Source of the DNA: an uncultured delta proteobacterium
GTDB lineage: Bacteria > Desulfobacterota > Binatia > Binatales > Binataceae
Length of the DNA stretch: 64,000 nt
NCBI GenBank assembly: GCA_963793115.1
Contig: CAWBYV010000010.1
Location: 576,755-640,754 of the forward strand
Direction of reading: 5' to 3'
Shown here: piece after piece, positions 35,990 to 45,117 of the stretch
Layout: each line of letters begins with the position of its first letter
Numbering within the stretch: position 1 is the first letter of the stretch
Program-made: the position numbers and the translations under genes
Notes under the pieces: generated by a model
The model's database searches: none
Seen by the model: the letters and a program-made list of their open reading frames with translations, nothing else
Told to the model about the DNA's origin: nothing

Positions 35990-37603
35990 CTACAAGGAAG
36001 AAATCCACGGGCCTGTGCCCTCGGTGTCGGCGCTGCCAGGCCTTTGGTCGGCGCCGTACCGCTGGTGATAAGGAGCGATCAGGCATATCGCTTCCGCCTT
36101 CCCTACTGGCGAGCCTGTCTCCTGGTAAACGGTCGCGATGCAGCGTGGGCACGCAGATGCGAGGGAACAGCCCTGACAGCCTTTGAACGATCCATTACGG
36201 AGACTGCGAATGTAGCTCACCTGCTTGTTCGAATCCGCGAGAATTTCACGAAGTGGTTGCTCTCGGACGTTACCGAGCTCCCATGGGAAGGCGACGCATG
36301 GCCGCACGTTGCCACGCGCATCGATGGCCACGACAGTGCGGGCAGCGCCACAGACACTGGAGTCTGGATCGTCAATCGGACACCGCGAGAGTCCGTATCT
36401 TGCCCCGTTGGGCTTTCGGATCTGGGCCGAGCCTCGGAAGATAATGTCGGCCATGATGCCATGTCGATCGAGCCATTTCAGGTCGTCAGGGAGAAGGCGC
36501 TCCTCGAGGGAGCCTAAGGAGCCGTCTAGCTGCCGTGTCACGAGCAGGTCGAAACCAATTGGGGCATCGATGCTACGGGCAAAATCTACCAAGCCGTCAA
36601 GGTGATGGAAATTTGAACGCATGACAACACAAGACAGACGGCAGCGCTGACCCGCACTGTGGCAGCGCTTGAGCGCGTCAAGTGTCTTCGCGTGGCTCCC
36701 GCTCCGCCGCACGATGGCATCGTGCACGGACGGATCCATGCTATAGAGGCTGACTTGGACCTCGGTTATGTGCATGCGTCTAAACGCGGCGAGAACCGCG
36801 TCGTTTAACAAGGTTGCGTTCGTCTTGATGATGACCGAGAAGCGGAGGCGCCGTGCATACTCACAAATGCTGAGCAACCGCCGTTGAACAAGCGGCTCCC
36901 CGCCAGTGAAGATCAACTCCAGGCAACCGATTTCTCGAAGCTCGTCCAGGAGGCTCCAAAACGCGCGAACGTAGCCCCGGTAGCCTGATGCCTTCGTGGC
37001 CGGGAGATAGCAGTGCGTGCAACGCAGGTTGCACGCTGCCGTCATTTCGATGTAGGCCTGGAACGGGACCGCTGCCTTCGTGCAATAGGACTTGATAGAT
37101 TCACGCAGATCTGTGTCGCTCTGTGCTGGCCGCTCGCGAGGGAGTTCGTTTACCCGGAGAGCCCCTTGGCCCCGCACGAGGAGCCCGAGGGTAAGAAACG
37201 ATGATCGAAGGAAGGCATAGTCGCGTTCGGCCGTGACGCTATCAATGCCGTACCGCCGACACATCTCTCTGGGAACGTCGCGGTCCGCTACACCGCGATC
37301 GAGGGCTTCAACGATTTCGCCGGCGGTCTCGTTGAGAAAGACCATGCGACCGCCGTCCGTCAGGACGACGAGGTAAGTATCGGCAAATCGCTGGTAAGCG
37401 ATCGCGTCGTTCAGCCTCGCATCGCTAAACCCGACCGACTCTTCGAGGCATGTCCGCGGTGCAAATTCCTTCGCCATACCCGAGTTTCTCATGAGACGGT
37501 AGCCATCTCCCTTGCGACAGTCTGCAGCCCAGAGTGCTCGGGGCCCCGAATCCAACGCCTCGCGGTTGACAAAACGGGATGCGCGACGGAAGAGGTGCAA
37601 CAA
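35990..37603 (-). CDS. radical SAM/SPASM peptide maturase with N-terminal PqqD-like RiPP recognition element
   Basis: The start is uncertain (alternative ATGs at 37492 and 37477). The N-terminus VVLTDGGRMVFLNETAGEIVEALDRG..DYAFLRSSFLTLGLLV is PqqD-like. The core has AACNLRCTHCY (CX3CX2C). The C-terminus has CX12GX4C ... CX2CX5CX2C ... C, a SPASM-type auxiliary cluster pattern. Confidence 0.8.
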   Translation of the reverse strand: MLHLFRRASRFVNREALDSGPRALWAADCRKGDGYRLMRNSGMAKEFAPRTCLEESVGFSDARLNDAIAYQRFADTYLVVLTDGGRMVFLNETAGEIVEALDRGVADRDVPREMCRRYGIDSVTAERDYAFLRSSFLTLGLLVRGQGALRVNELPRERPAQSDTDLRESIKSYCTKAAVPFQAYIEMTAACNLRCTHCYLPATKASGYRGYVRAFWSLLDELREIGCLELIFTGGEPLVQRRLLSICEYARRLRFSVIIKTNATLLNDAVLAAFRRMHITEVQVSLYSMDPSVHDAIVRRSGSHAKTLDALKRCHSAGQRCRLSCVVMRSNFHHLDGLVDFARSIDAPIGFDLLVTRQLDGSLGSLEERLLPDDLKWLDRHGIMADIIFRGSAQIRKPNGARYGLSRCPIDDPDSSVCGAARTVVAIDARGNVRPCVAFPWELGNVREQPLREILADSNKQVSYIRSLRNGSFKGCQGCSLASACPRCIATVYQETGSPVGKAEAICLIAPYHQRYGADQRPGSADTEGTGPWISSL

Positions 37604-37719
37604 CCTCAGACTTCATTGCACGCGTGGCAGCCGCCGGGTGCGATTTTGGAAACCACCGCTTCCTTACTGACGAGCCTTCCTCACCAGGGCTATAGACGAG
37701 CCGGACACGGCTAGGGGAG

Positions 37720-37896
37720 CTAGCACTTGCACGTAATCTGCTGCCAATGGAAGTTAGTGGGGCAGGCTGCGCCAGACATGGAGACTTTGGCGGTAGTGCC
37801 ACGGATTTCAGGAGCCTTGTACTGGAGCCTTTCTTCGACCGTGGTCTCCCGGGTGTTCCTTTTCTTCTGGAGTTCCCTCACCACCATCTTCTTCAT
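37720..37896 (-). CDS. candidate RiPP precursor peptide (58 aa)
   Basis: Not in the ORF track (under 60 aa). GAGGAG sits about 7 nt upstream of the ATG at 37896. Reads MKKMVVRELQKKRNTRETTVEERLQYKAPEIRGTTAKVSMSGAACPTNFHWQQITCKC, stop TAG at 37720-37722. The leader is charged and the C-terminal tail has 3 Cys. It lies directly upstream of the maturase on the same strand. Confidence 0.55.
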   Translation of the reverse strand: MKKMVVRELQKKRNTRETTVEERLQYKAPEIRGTTAKVSMSGAACPTNFHWQQITCKC

Positions 37897-38244
37897 CGTA
37901 TACTCCTCTTCGCGTGATGGGTTAGAGACCGAGCGCGGTCATATGCGGCTTGGCGGCGTGAGCGCATCATGCTTGGTAATCATGTTCCGGTCGACCTACC
38001 CGAGTTTGCCAGGGTTTGCCTGAGACCCCGCATTTTCCATGCAAGGCCCGTACCCGCCCGCTACGAGGCGCTCCAAATGATTTCGGCGTGTTCGGATGGC
38101 CCGTTACGCACCAGTTGCGTCCTACGGAGACACGACTAGGCGGTGGCAAGGATCCCGAAACGGCGTACACCCCGTGGACTTCTCTTGAAAAGGGCACCGG
38201 CGCTCGCTGCCGACCGCAGCGGGCGGCGCTTCGCCCCTGCCAAA

Positions 38245-39153
38245 CTATATATCCAGCTTTTCCCAACGACCCTGTGTCTTACGAAACACGATACCGCCTA
38301 CACGGTTACCCCCTTGAGCCGGTTCAGAGTCGAAGAGTGAAAGAACGAAGTCATTTCCATTGCCCCAACCCAATATGCCAAACGCGATATGCGTATTTCC
38401 TTTGCTGGTCACAAAAAATTCCCCGAGAGCCGCGAGATCGCTTCTAGAAAAAAAGTCGGAGTTTCCTTTTTCAAGCGCGGACAATATGACCGGCGCTAAG
38501 AACAAAGCACCCGCCTTGGCCAGATACTTCAGCTTGATCCTGCCAAGCAGCTTCTGAACACTCCCGGGTCTGCTCTCCTCCAGCAAGTCTGCGACGGCAT
38601 CGAGGCAGGAACTTGTGAGATCCGCACACTCGTCGGGAATGTAACTCTTCAGGACAGTGCGCGTTTTCGTTCGCCGCGCGGTTTGAGCTTGTCGAAAAAA
38701 TCGTGCGGGTCGAATTTCAACGTCCTCCTCGTACGTTTCCGACTCCTCGAAACGTGCCTTTTCGCACGCCAACCGATATTCGGTTAGCGATTTCTCGGCC
38801 GCTGCCAGTGCGTCGCCATCCTTGCCTACACCGCCGGCCCTCTTTTTCACGACATTGGCGTGCGCGACGAAGTAAAGGAAGTGCGGGATCCAGCGCACAC
38901 TTTCCGGCGCCTTGGGATCATTCGCGGCCCGCGCCAGCAAGTCAATTTGTGGAAGTGCCTTCGCCGGATCCTCCAAGGACTGCCGCAACAACTCTGTGAT
39001 CTTGGCGCTGAGCCATTGCCCCGATTGCTCCTCTTTCAGATCCGAACCATCGCTTGGAAGTCGCGTCCCGCATTTGCCACAAAACATCGCATCTAACCGA
39101 ATGCCCCGACGGCCGCATCCTGGGCACGATCGTTCGCCGGCTGTCGTTGGCAT
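38245..39153 (-). CDS. zinc-ribbon domain hypothetical protein
   Basis: N-terminal CPGCG-x14-CGKCG zinc ribbon; the rest is helical or unknown. AT-richer composition shared with the RiPP genes downstream. Confidence 0.6.
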   Translation of the reverse strand: MPTTAGERSCPGCGRRGIRLDAMFCGKCGTRLPSDGSDLKEEQSGQWLSAKITELLRQSLEDPAKALPQIDLLARAANDPKAPESVRWIPHFLYFVAHANVVKKRAGGVGKDGDALAAAEKSLTEYRLACEKARFEESETYEEDVEIRPARFFRQAQTARRTKTRTVLKSYIPDECADLTSSCLDAVADLLEESRPGSVQKLLGRIKLKYLAKAGALFLAPVILSALEKGNSDFFSRSDLAALGEFFVTSKGNTHIAFGILGWGNGNDFVLSLFDSEPAQGGNRVGGIVFRKTQGRWEKLDI

Positions 39154-39402
39154 GTCCCAACTACTCCGCTTTCGCCATCCGCGCCATCACGCGGGGCCCT
39201 CCAGAGCTGCTAACCACGGGCTACGCCACCCGGCCAAACTCCACACCTGTCGAAGAACGGGCACCCTCCGCGAAGATCGTGGACCCGGCATTGCGGACAC
39301 CTGGGGGTGCCAGATGCCGGGCCATCTTGACACGCGTCCACACCTATGGAGCTTACCGCCCTCCCTGCGACCACAACGATGGCCGCGTCACGCAATTCGT
39401 GC

Positions 39403-39741
39403 TTATACCTGCAGCATCACGCCGTTGTGTATGAGAAATCCCATCACCGCCGCGGCGCTTCGTCGCGGCTCGGGCTGATGGTCGCGATCGCGAAACTCCT
39501 TGATCTTCTCCGCATAGAAGGAGCGCCATTTCGCACTGATTACCCGTTCGCCATCCGACTTTCGAATCCTGAAGCAGTGCTCGACAATCACATCTGGGTC
39601 TTCGCCGATGAATTGGCAGAATTGCTGAAGTGCAATGAGTTTCGCGGGATCTTCGGCGAACGGATCGCCACCCCATTCCCGGCTCAGCGCGCTCCTCCAG
39701 GTGCGAACGGATTCATATTCCTCCAGCGGCCGCATCGTCAC
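39403..39741 (-). CDS. small hypothetical protein (module B partner)
   Basis: MTMRPLEEYESVRTWRS.. ..GFLIHNGVMLQV. Paralog of 24840-25199. Starts 5 nt after the stop of the nitroreductase-fold gene. Confidence 0.6.
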   Translation of the reverse strand: MTMRPLEEYESVRTWRSALSREWGGDPFAEDPAKLIALQQFCQFIGEDPDVIVEHCFRIRKSDGERVISAKWRSFYAEKIKEFRDRDHQPEPRRSAAAVMGFLIHNGVMLQV

Positions 39742-39746
39742 GGTTA

Positions 39747-40530
39747 CTACTCCGGAAGGCCCAATTGCCTCGCCAGCCGCCGAATTTCCTCTTTGCGGCC
39801 GGGCTGCGGCGCCGCAGCCTGGATCAACCTGGATTGGCGCAATTCCTCGACGACTTTCGGGTCGCGCGGGAAAGGTTTGCCGTACTGGCCAAGGAAGTAT
39901 TGCTCCTCGAAAGGGGGACGCGGCCGTTGCCCGCCCGCCTCGCGCGATTCAAGCGAATAACCGACGTTCAGCACGTAGAGCGGCAGCCAATCCTGAGGCG
40001 GCTTGACGATTTCATTGACCACCGGCGCAAGGAACGCGGTCAGGCACGCGCCCAGTCCCAGCTCGAACGCCATCAGCAATCCCTGGCAAGCGGCCACTCC
40101 ACAATCGAAGGCCGCCATCACAGGATAGTGCGGAGTCTGGGTCATCGGCTTCAGGAGATGCGGATAGACGATCTCGTCAACGAACTTGTGGCTCCATCCG
40201 TGACTGGCTGCCACGACGTTGGCGTCGTAGAGTCTCCTTGAGCCGCGCGCCCTGCACGCGGTTCACCACGCCGAGGTCGGCATAGAGATAGATATGCACC
40301 GGAGCCAGTTCGATCACGACCGCCTGCACGGGGGTCTTCATCTTTTCGAGCTCGGCCTTGGGTATCTCGTCGCGCTTGACCACCACGGCGCGCAGCCAGT
40401 GGGCGTTGACCGCGCAGGACGCCCGCAGGAAGGCCTCGAGAATCTTCTGGATCTTCTCCTGCTCGACGGGCCGCTTGGGATCGAAAAAGCGAATCGAGCG
40501 CCGCGTTCCGACCAATTCTTGGAATTCCAT
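39747..40530 (-). CDS. nitroreductase-fold protein (module B), frame-disrupted
   Basis: MEFQELVGTRRSIRFFDPKRPVEQEKIQKILEAFLRASCAVN (ORF 40177-40530) continues in ORF 39747-40214 (..ASHGWSHKFVDEIVYPHLLKP..). The junction ARLKE/LYDANVVAASHGW needs removal of one base near 40233. Collinear with 24055-24843. Confidence 0.75.
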
Positions 40531-40565
40531 CGTGCCTCCTCAGAGCGGGAAAATGTGCACCGACA

Positions 40566-41783
40566 TCAGAGCGACAAAATGTGCACCGACATCGCGGCCG
40601 CGTCTCTGCCGAGGAAGCCGCCGCCGTTTTCCGTAAGTCCGACCCGCGCGCCGTTCACCTGCCGCGCGCCGGCACGTCCGCGCAGATGATCGACGATCTC
40701 GAAAATCTGCGCGATACCGGTCGCGCCGACCGGATGCCCCTTGGAAAGCAATCCGCCGCTGGGATTGACGACGTGCCTGCCGCCAAGTTGAGTGGCTCCA
40801 CTGGCGAGCAGCGCCGGTCCTTCCCCTCTTCCGCACAGTCCCAGTTCCTCGCAAGCGATCAGTTCCGCCGGCGCGGCCGCATCATGGACTTCGATCACGT
40901 CCAGATCCGCCGGGCCGATCCCCGAGACTTCATATGCGCGCTTGACTGCCCGGTCGAGAACGTCGGGCTCGCCGGGTTCGCGGTCGCGGCCGGAGAGTAC
41001 CACCGACGCGCGAATCCGCACGGGCTGCTGGATCGCCCGTTGCCGAGCCATCTTTTCCGACATGAGCACCGCGGCCGCCGCACCATCGCCGATCGGCGAG
41101 CACATCAGGAGCGTCAGCGGCGGCGAGATCTCGCGTGAATTCAGGACCTGCTCGCGGGTTACGGGATCGCGGTATTGCGCTTTCGGATTCAAGGCCGCAA
41201 ACGCATGGCTCTTGACCGCCACGTCGGCGAAGGTCTCGGCGGTCGCGCCGCTGATCTTCATGTACTCGCGCGTCGCCGCGGCATAGATGTCCATGAAGAG
41301 CGACTTGGTTGGACCGGCGCCGTGCCCGGCGGCTTCTCCGCTTCCGCAGCTCGTGATTTCCCGCAGCTCCTCCAAATCAACCGCCGCGGCAGTGGCGCGA
41401 AAGGCGCGGGTTTTATCCTCGGACGTCATCTTTTCGGCGCCGACCGCGAGCGCGATGTCATACATGCCCGCGACGATGGACATGTACGCGAGGTGGAAGG
41501 CGGACGACCCGGAGGCGCATGCATTCTCGACATTGAAGAGCGGGATGCCGAGGAGTCCGGTTTTGCGAAGCGCGACCTGGCCGCGAATCATCTCCTGTCC
41601 GGTGATCAACCCGGCGGCCGCATTCGAAAAGAAGACGATCTCGACATCCTTTGGCGCGATCGCCGCGTCGCCGAGCGCATCGTGCACGGCCTCCTCGGCC
41701 AGCGAGCGCATCCCGCGATCGGAGTATTTGCCGAAGCGGGTCATTCCCACTCCGGCGACGACTACCTGGCCTGCGTTCGACAT
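40566..41783 (-). CDS. thiolase-like protein (SCP-x/acetyl-CoA acetyltransferase family)
   Basis: ..VVVAGVGMTRFGKYSDRG.. ..NVENACASGSSAFH.. ..GHPVGATGIAQIFE... Confidence 0.85.
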   Translation of the reverse strand: MSNAGQVVVAGVGMTRFGKYSDRGMRSLAEEAVHDALGDAAIAPKDVEIVFFSNAAAGLITGQEMIRGQVALRKTGLLGIPLFNVENACASGSSAFHLAYMSIVAGMYDIALAVGAEKMTSEDKTRAFRATAAAVDLEELREITSCGSGEAAGHGAGPTKSLFMDIYAAATREYMKISGATAETFADVAVKSHAFAALNPKAQYRDPVTREQVLNSREISPPLTLLMCSPIGDGAAAAVLMSEKMARQRAIQQPVRIRASVVLSGRDREPGEPDVLDRAVKRAYEVSGIGPADLDVIEVHDAAAPAELIACEELGLCGRGEGPALLASGATQLGGRHVVNPSGGLLSKGHPVGATGIAQIFEIVDHLRGRAGARQVNGARVGLTENGGGFLGRDAAAMSVHILSL

Positions 41784-41798
41784 CGGGAAACCTCCTGC

Positions 41799-43358
41799 TC
41801 AGGCGCGCGCGACCTTCACGCCGGCCTTCTCGCGATCCCAGGCACGGCCGGCGCCACGCTCCTTGAGCGCCGCGTACTGGATGCGTTGCGTGCCGGTCTT
41901 GGGAAGCTCATCGACGAACTCGACGTAGCGCGGCACTGCATAATACGCCATCCGCCCGCGACAGAACTCGATCAGCTCCTCGGGAAGCAGCGCTGCGCCC
42001 GGCTTCAGAACGACGGCGACCATGACTTCATCTTCACCGAGTTCGGATGGCACGGCGAAGGCCGCCGACTCGAGAACCGCTGGATGCAGATCAATAGTGG
42101 TTTCGATCTCCCAGGCAGAGATGTTCTCGCCGCGCCTGCGGATCGATGCCTTCTTGCGGCCGCAGAAGTAGAAAAAGCCTTCCTCGTCGGTTTTCGCGAG
42201 GTCGCCCGAGTGAAACCATCCGCCACGGTAGGCCTCGGCGGTCGCGTCGGGAAGTTTGTGATATTGGCTCAGTTGCCCCTTGGGGTGGCGGAAGACCAGT
42301 TCCCCGATCTTGCCTGGCGGGAGCGCGTTGTCGTGATCGTCGACGACGCGGAACTCGACTTCACCGACCGGCTTGCCCATCGATCCGACCTTGCCGACAT
42401 CGTTGATCAGGAAGCCGGGCGAATCGACCATCGCGTAGCCTTCGATGATCCGTACACCGAAGCGCTCTTCGAACTCGCGCCAGGCGGCGGGAGGACAGGC
42501 CGCGGAAAACACCGCGCGCACATGATGGTCGCGGTCGTCGGGACGGGGCGGCTGCTTGAGCAGCATCGAGATCATCGCGCCGAGCGTGTTGAACTCGACC
42601 GCGTCGTACTTGCGGCAATCGTCCCACAGCCGCGACGCGCTGAACCGCTCTGCGACCGCGATTTTCGCGTCGAGGAGAATCGAGCTAAAGCACGAGAGCA
42701 TCAGCGCGTTGCCATGGAAGAGCGGAAGCGCGGTGTACATCGTCTCGCCGGGCTTGATCTTCAGCGCGCCCAGGATCGCGAAAAGCGCGGAACTGTCGGA
42801 GCCTTTGGGGACCACTCCTTTGGGAGGGCCGGTGGTGCCCGAGGTATACATCATGGCGCCGCCGCCGGCGTTGTCGCCGATATCGGCCTCCGGTTCGCGG
42901 TCGGGATGATCGAGGAGACGCTCCAGCGTCCAATCCACGCCGTGCCCCGCTTCGCCATCGGCGACCACTGTCGCCCTGAGCGTCGGCACCCTGCTCTTGA
43001 CCGCCAACACGGCAGGCCTCAGCGGCTCTTCGAAGATCGCGGCAACCGAGTCGGAATCGCCAAGGATGTGTTGCAGCGTCGCGCCCCGTTGCGAAGTGTT
43101 CACGGGTACGCTCACGGCGCCGATGAAACCGATCGCAAAGTGAATCCAGAGAAACTCGGGACGATTGCCCATCATGATCGCGACCCGCTCGCCGGGCCGA
43201 ATCCCGAGGTCGAGCAAGCCGTTCGCTGCGCGCTGGATGTTGGCCAGCACCTGATCCCAGGCGAATTCCGAATCCTTAAACTTGAGCCAAACCTGGCGCG
43301 GATGCTGGGCCACCCGCTGCCGAATGAGTTGTTCAATCGCTCCTTGGACTCGTGCCAT
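41799..43358 (-). CDS. AMP-dependent acyl-CoA synthetase/ligase
   Basis: AMP-binding motif MMYTSGTTGPPKGV, ..GYAMVDSPG.., ..WFHSGDLAK.DEEGFFYFCGRKK... Confidence 0.9.
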   Translation of the reverse strand: MARVQGAIEQLIRQRVAQHPRQVWLKFKDSEFAWDQVLANIQRAANGLLDLGIRPGERVAIMMGNRPEFLWIHFAIGFIGAVSVPVNTSQRGATLQHILGDSDSVAAIFEEPLRPAVLAVKSRVPTLRATVVADGEAGHGVDWTLERLLDHPDREPEADIGDNAGGGAMMYTSGTTGPPKGVVPKGSDSSALFAILGALKIKPGETMYTALPLFHGNALMLSCFSSILLDAKIAVAERFSASRLWDDCRKYDAVEFNTLGAMISMLLKQPPRPDDRDHHVRAVFSAACPPAAWREFEERFGVRIIEGYAMVDSPGFLINDVGKVGSMGKPVGEVEFRVVDDHDNALPPGKIGELVFRHPKGQLSQYHKLPDATAEAYRGGWFHSGDLAKTDEEGFFYFCGRKKASIRRRGENISAWEIETTIDLHPAVLESAAFAVPSELGEDEVMVAVVLKPGAALLPEELIEFCRGRMAYYAVPRYVEFVDELPKTGTQRIQYAALKERGAGRAWDREKAGVKVARA

Positions 43359-43394
43359 CGCCGCTCCTCTGCCCGGTTCTCTGTTGGTGGCGTG

Positions 43395-44613
43395 CTAGGC
43401 CACGGCGCGTGACCCGTTGGCCGCTTTGGCGAGGATGTGACGAGCGCCGGCCAGGCTCAGGACCTCGTTGGTGCCGTCCTCGATCAGTGATGCGCGCGCG
43501 TCGCGAAACATCTTCTCGACCGGGTATTCCCGGCTGAGCCCATTGCCGCCGAAGACCTGGAGGGCGTCGCTGGCAACCTCGAACGCCGCTTGCGTACAGA
43601 AGGTTTTCGCGGCGATCGCATGTTCCAGCGTGGGAGTCAGCGAGTCATGATTGTAAATCGCCACCGCCCGTGAAAGCGCCCGGCACGCCTCGACCTTCGT
43701 GAACATCTCGAACAGCCGCTTCTGCACGAGCTGGTGCTCGCAGATAGACACGTCCACCCTGCACGCGCTCGCGCGAATAATCGAGCGCGGCTTCGAATGC
43801 GGCGCGAGCCAGTCCGGTGAAGGCCGTGGCCATTCCGCCATTGGCGCCGGTGAGGGTCCGCGTCACATAGAACTCGTACTGGTCGCTGCCCACCACCATG
43901 TAACTGCGCGGGATGCGGACATTGTCGAAGAAGATCTCGCCTTGATTCAGGCCGCGCTGGCCGAGCTTGTTCAGCGGCTTGCCCTTCGAAACGCCGGGCA
44001 GGTTGAGCGGCACCACCGCCACTCCGCCACCGGCCATACCCATCTGGCGCGAAGCCTCAATCGATAGATAAAGCGCGGCGTGAGTCGCGATTGTCCCGTT
44101 GGAAACCCAAGCCGACTTCTGGCCGTTGATTACGTAAGAATCCCCGTCGGCGCGGGCAACCACCTCGCCGGTGACTTTGGGGTTGTTATATTCGGGCGTA
44201 CCGAGGGCTAGGTAATCGGACCCGTGGTTCGGCTCCGTTATCGCCCAGCATCCGATGAAGGTGCCCTCGCGATCCTGAATGTATGGCTTGACGAAGGCCT
44301 CGTACAGTTCAGGGTTCCCGGCGCTCGCAGCCGCGAAGGTGGGAAACCCGGAGCATCCGATACTCAGGGCGAGGTCCACCGCTCCCCACGCCAACTCTTC
44401 GTGAAAGATATGCATCCCGAGCGCATCCAGCCCCAGACCGCCAAGCTCCGAGGGGAGCCCTGCGACATGATACCCCAGCTCGTAGGCTTTTTTGAGCACC
44501 TTTCTCAGCGGTGAGCCTGCGGCGATGACATCGTTTGGATCCGCCATCCGGTCCAGCGCCATCGCCGCTGGCCGCATGACCTCCGCTGCGAAACGATGGA
44601 CCGTCTCTTTCAT
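43395..44613 (-). CDS. acyl-CoA dehydrogenase (frame-disrupted)
   Basis: ORF 43645-44613 (..GCWAITEPNHGSD.. ..YVINGQKSAWVSNG..) and ORF 43395-43841 (..CEHQLVQKRLFEMF.. ..ALQVFGGNGLSREYPVEKMFRDA..) join at ERVQGG/VSICEHQ near 43752. Confidence 0.85.
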
Positions 44614-45117
44614 TGATTGAAGCTCTTTCGGGAGGCCGGGAGTCAGCTCTCTGGTATGTATCCATCGCTCGTTCCTTTATGAATCTGAAGCTCGGAGAAT
44701 CCCTCGCATATTCGATGCCAGCAAAACTCTGCGGAGGCGATTTGCTCGGCCTTCGCGCAATGCCGCGAACGGATGCAGTTGATCCCCTTCGCTCCAGCGA
44801 GTCTCCTGCTGTCCTACTTCCACCGGCCGAGGAACTTGGTCGTAACCTGCTAATACTCATAATGCTCAGCGGCTCGCAGATGACGCTGATTTCGTTGTCG
44901 GTCATTCGCTCCGGGTTCCTTCGACTCGCGCAGCGCTCGCTCAGGATGAAAGGGAGAGAGCTGCGCTCATTCCCCTGGAGGCAACTCCGCGGGGCGCCGC
45001 TTGAGCTGCGCGCGGTCCAGATTATCGCCGCGCGCCAGCGCCCACGCCATCGCGGTAAACCAAAAGTGCGGCGTGGCTATCGGGCAGGGCCGGCAGGGAT
45101 GCCGGCCTGCTCTGGTG

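Noticed and set aside
37893-37970. 25-codon ORF (MMRSRRQAAYDRARSLTHHAKRSIR) whose TGA overlaps the precursor ATG (ATGA).
   Set aside because: It is extremely Arg-rich with no RBS, and it lies in the probable promoter/5' UTR of the precursor. It is most likely fortuitous, although the overlap is worth remembering if the locus is studied.
41175-43412. Very long ORFs antisense to well-supported genes. Examples: 41175-43412 (+), 745 aa; 29992-31605 (-), 537 aa; 25176-26348 (-); 15062-16105 (+); 54182-55099 (-); 45626-46807 (-).
   Set aside because: They are Arg/Gly/Ala-rich with no recognisable motifs. Each lies opposite a gene with clear family signatures. These are typical shadow ORFs of high-GC DNA.
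44614-45117. Possible gene in the 500-bp gap between the ACAD start and the large secreted protein (track ORFs 44613-45188 + and 44309-44905 -).
   Set aside because: Neither frame has protein-like composition or motifs. A short minus-strand stretch (..PHFWFTAMAWALARGDNLDRAQLKRRP..) is suggestive but lacks a credible start. I treat the gap as a promoter/5' UTR region.
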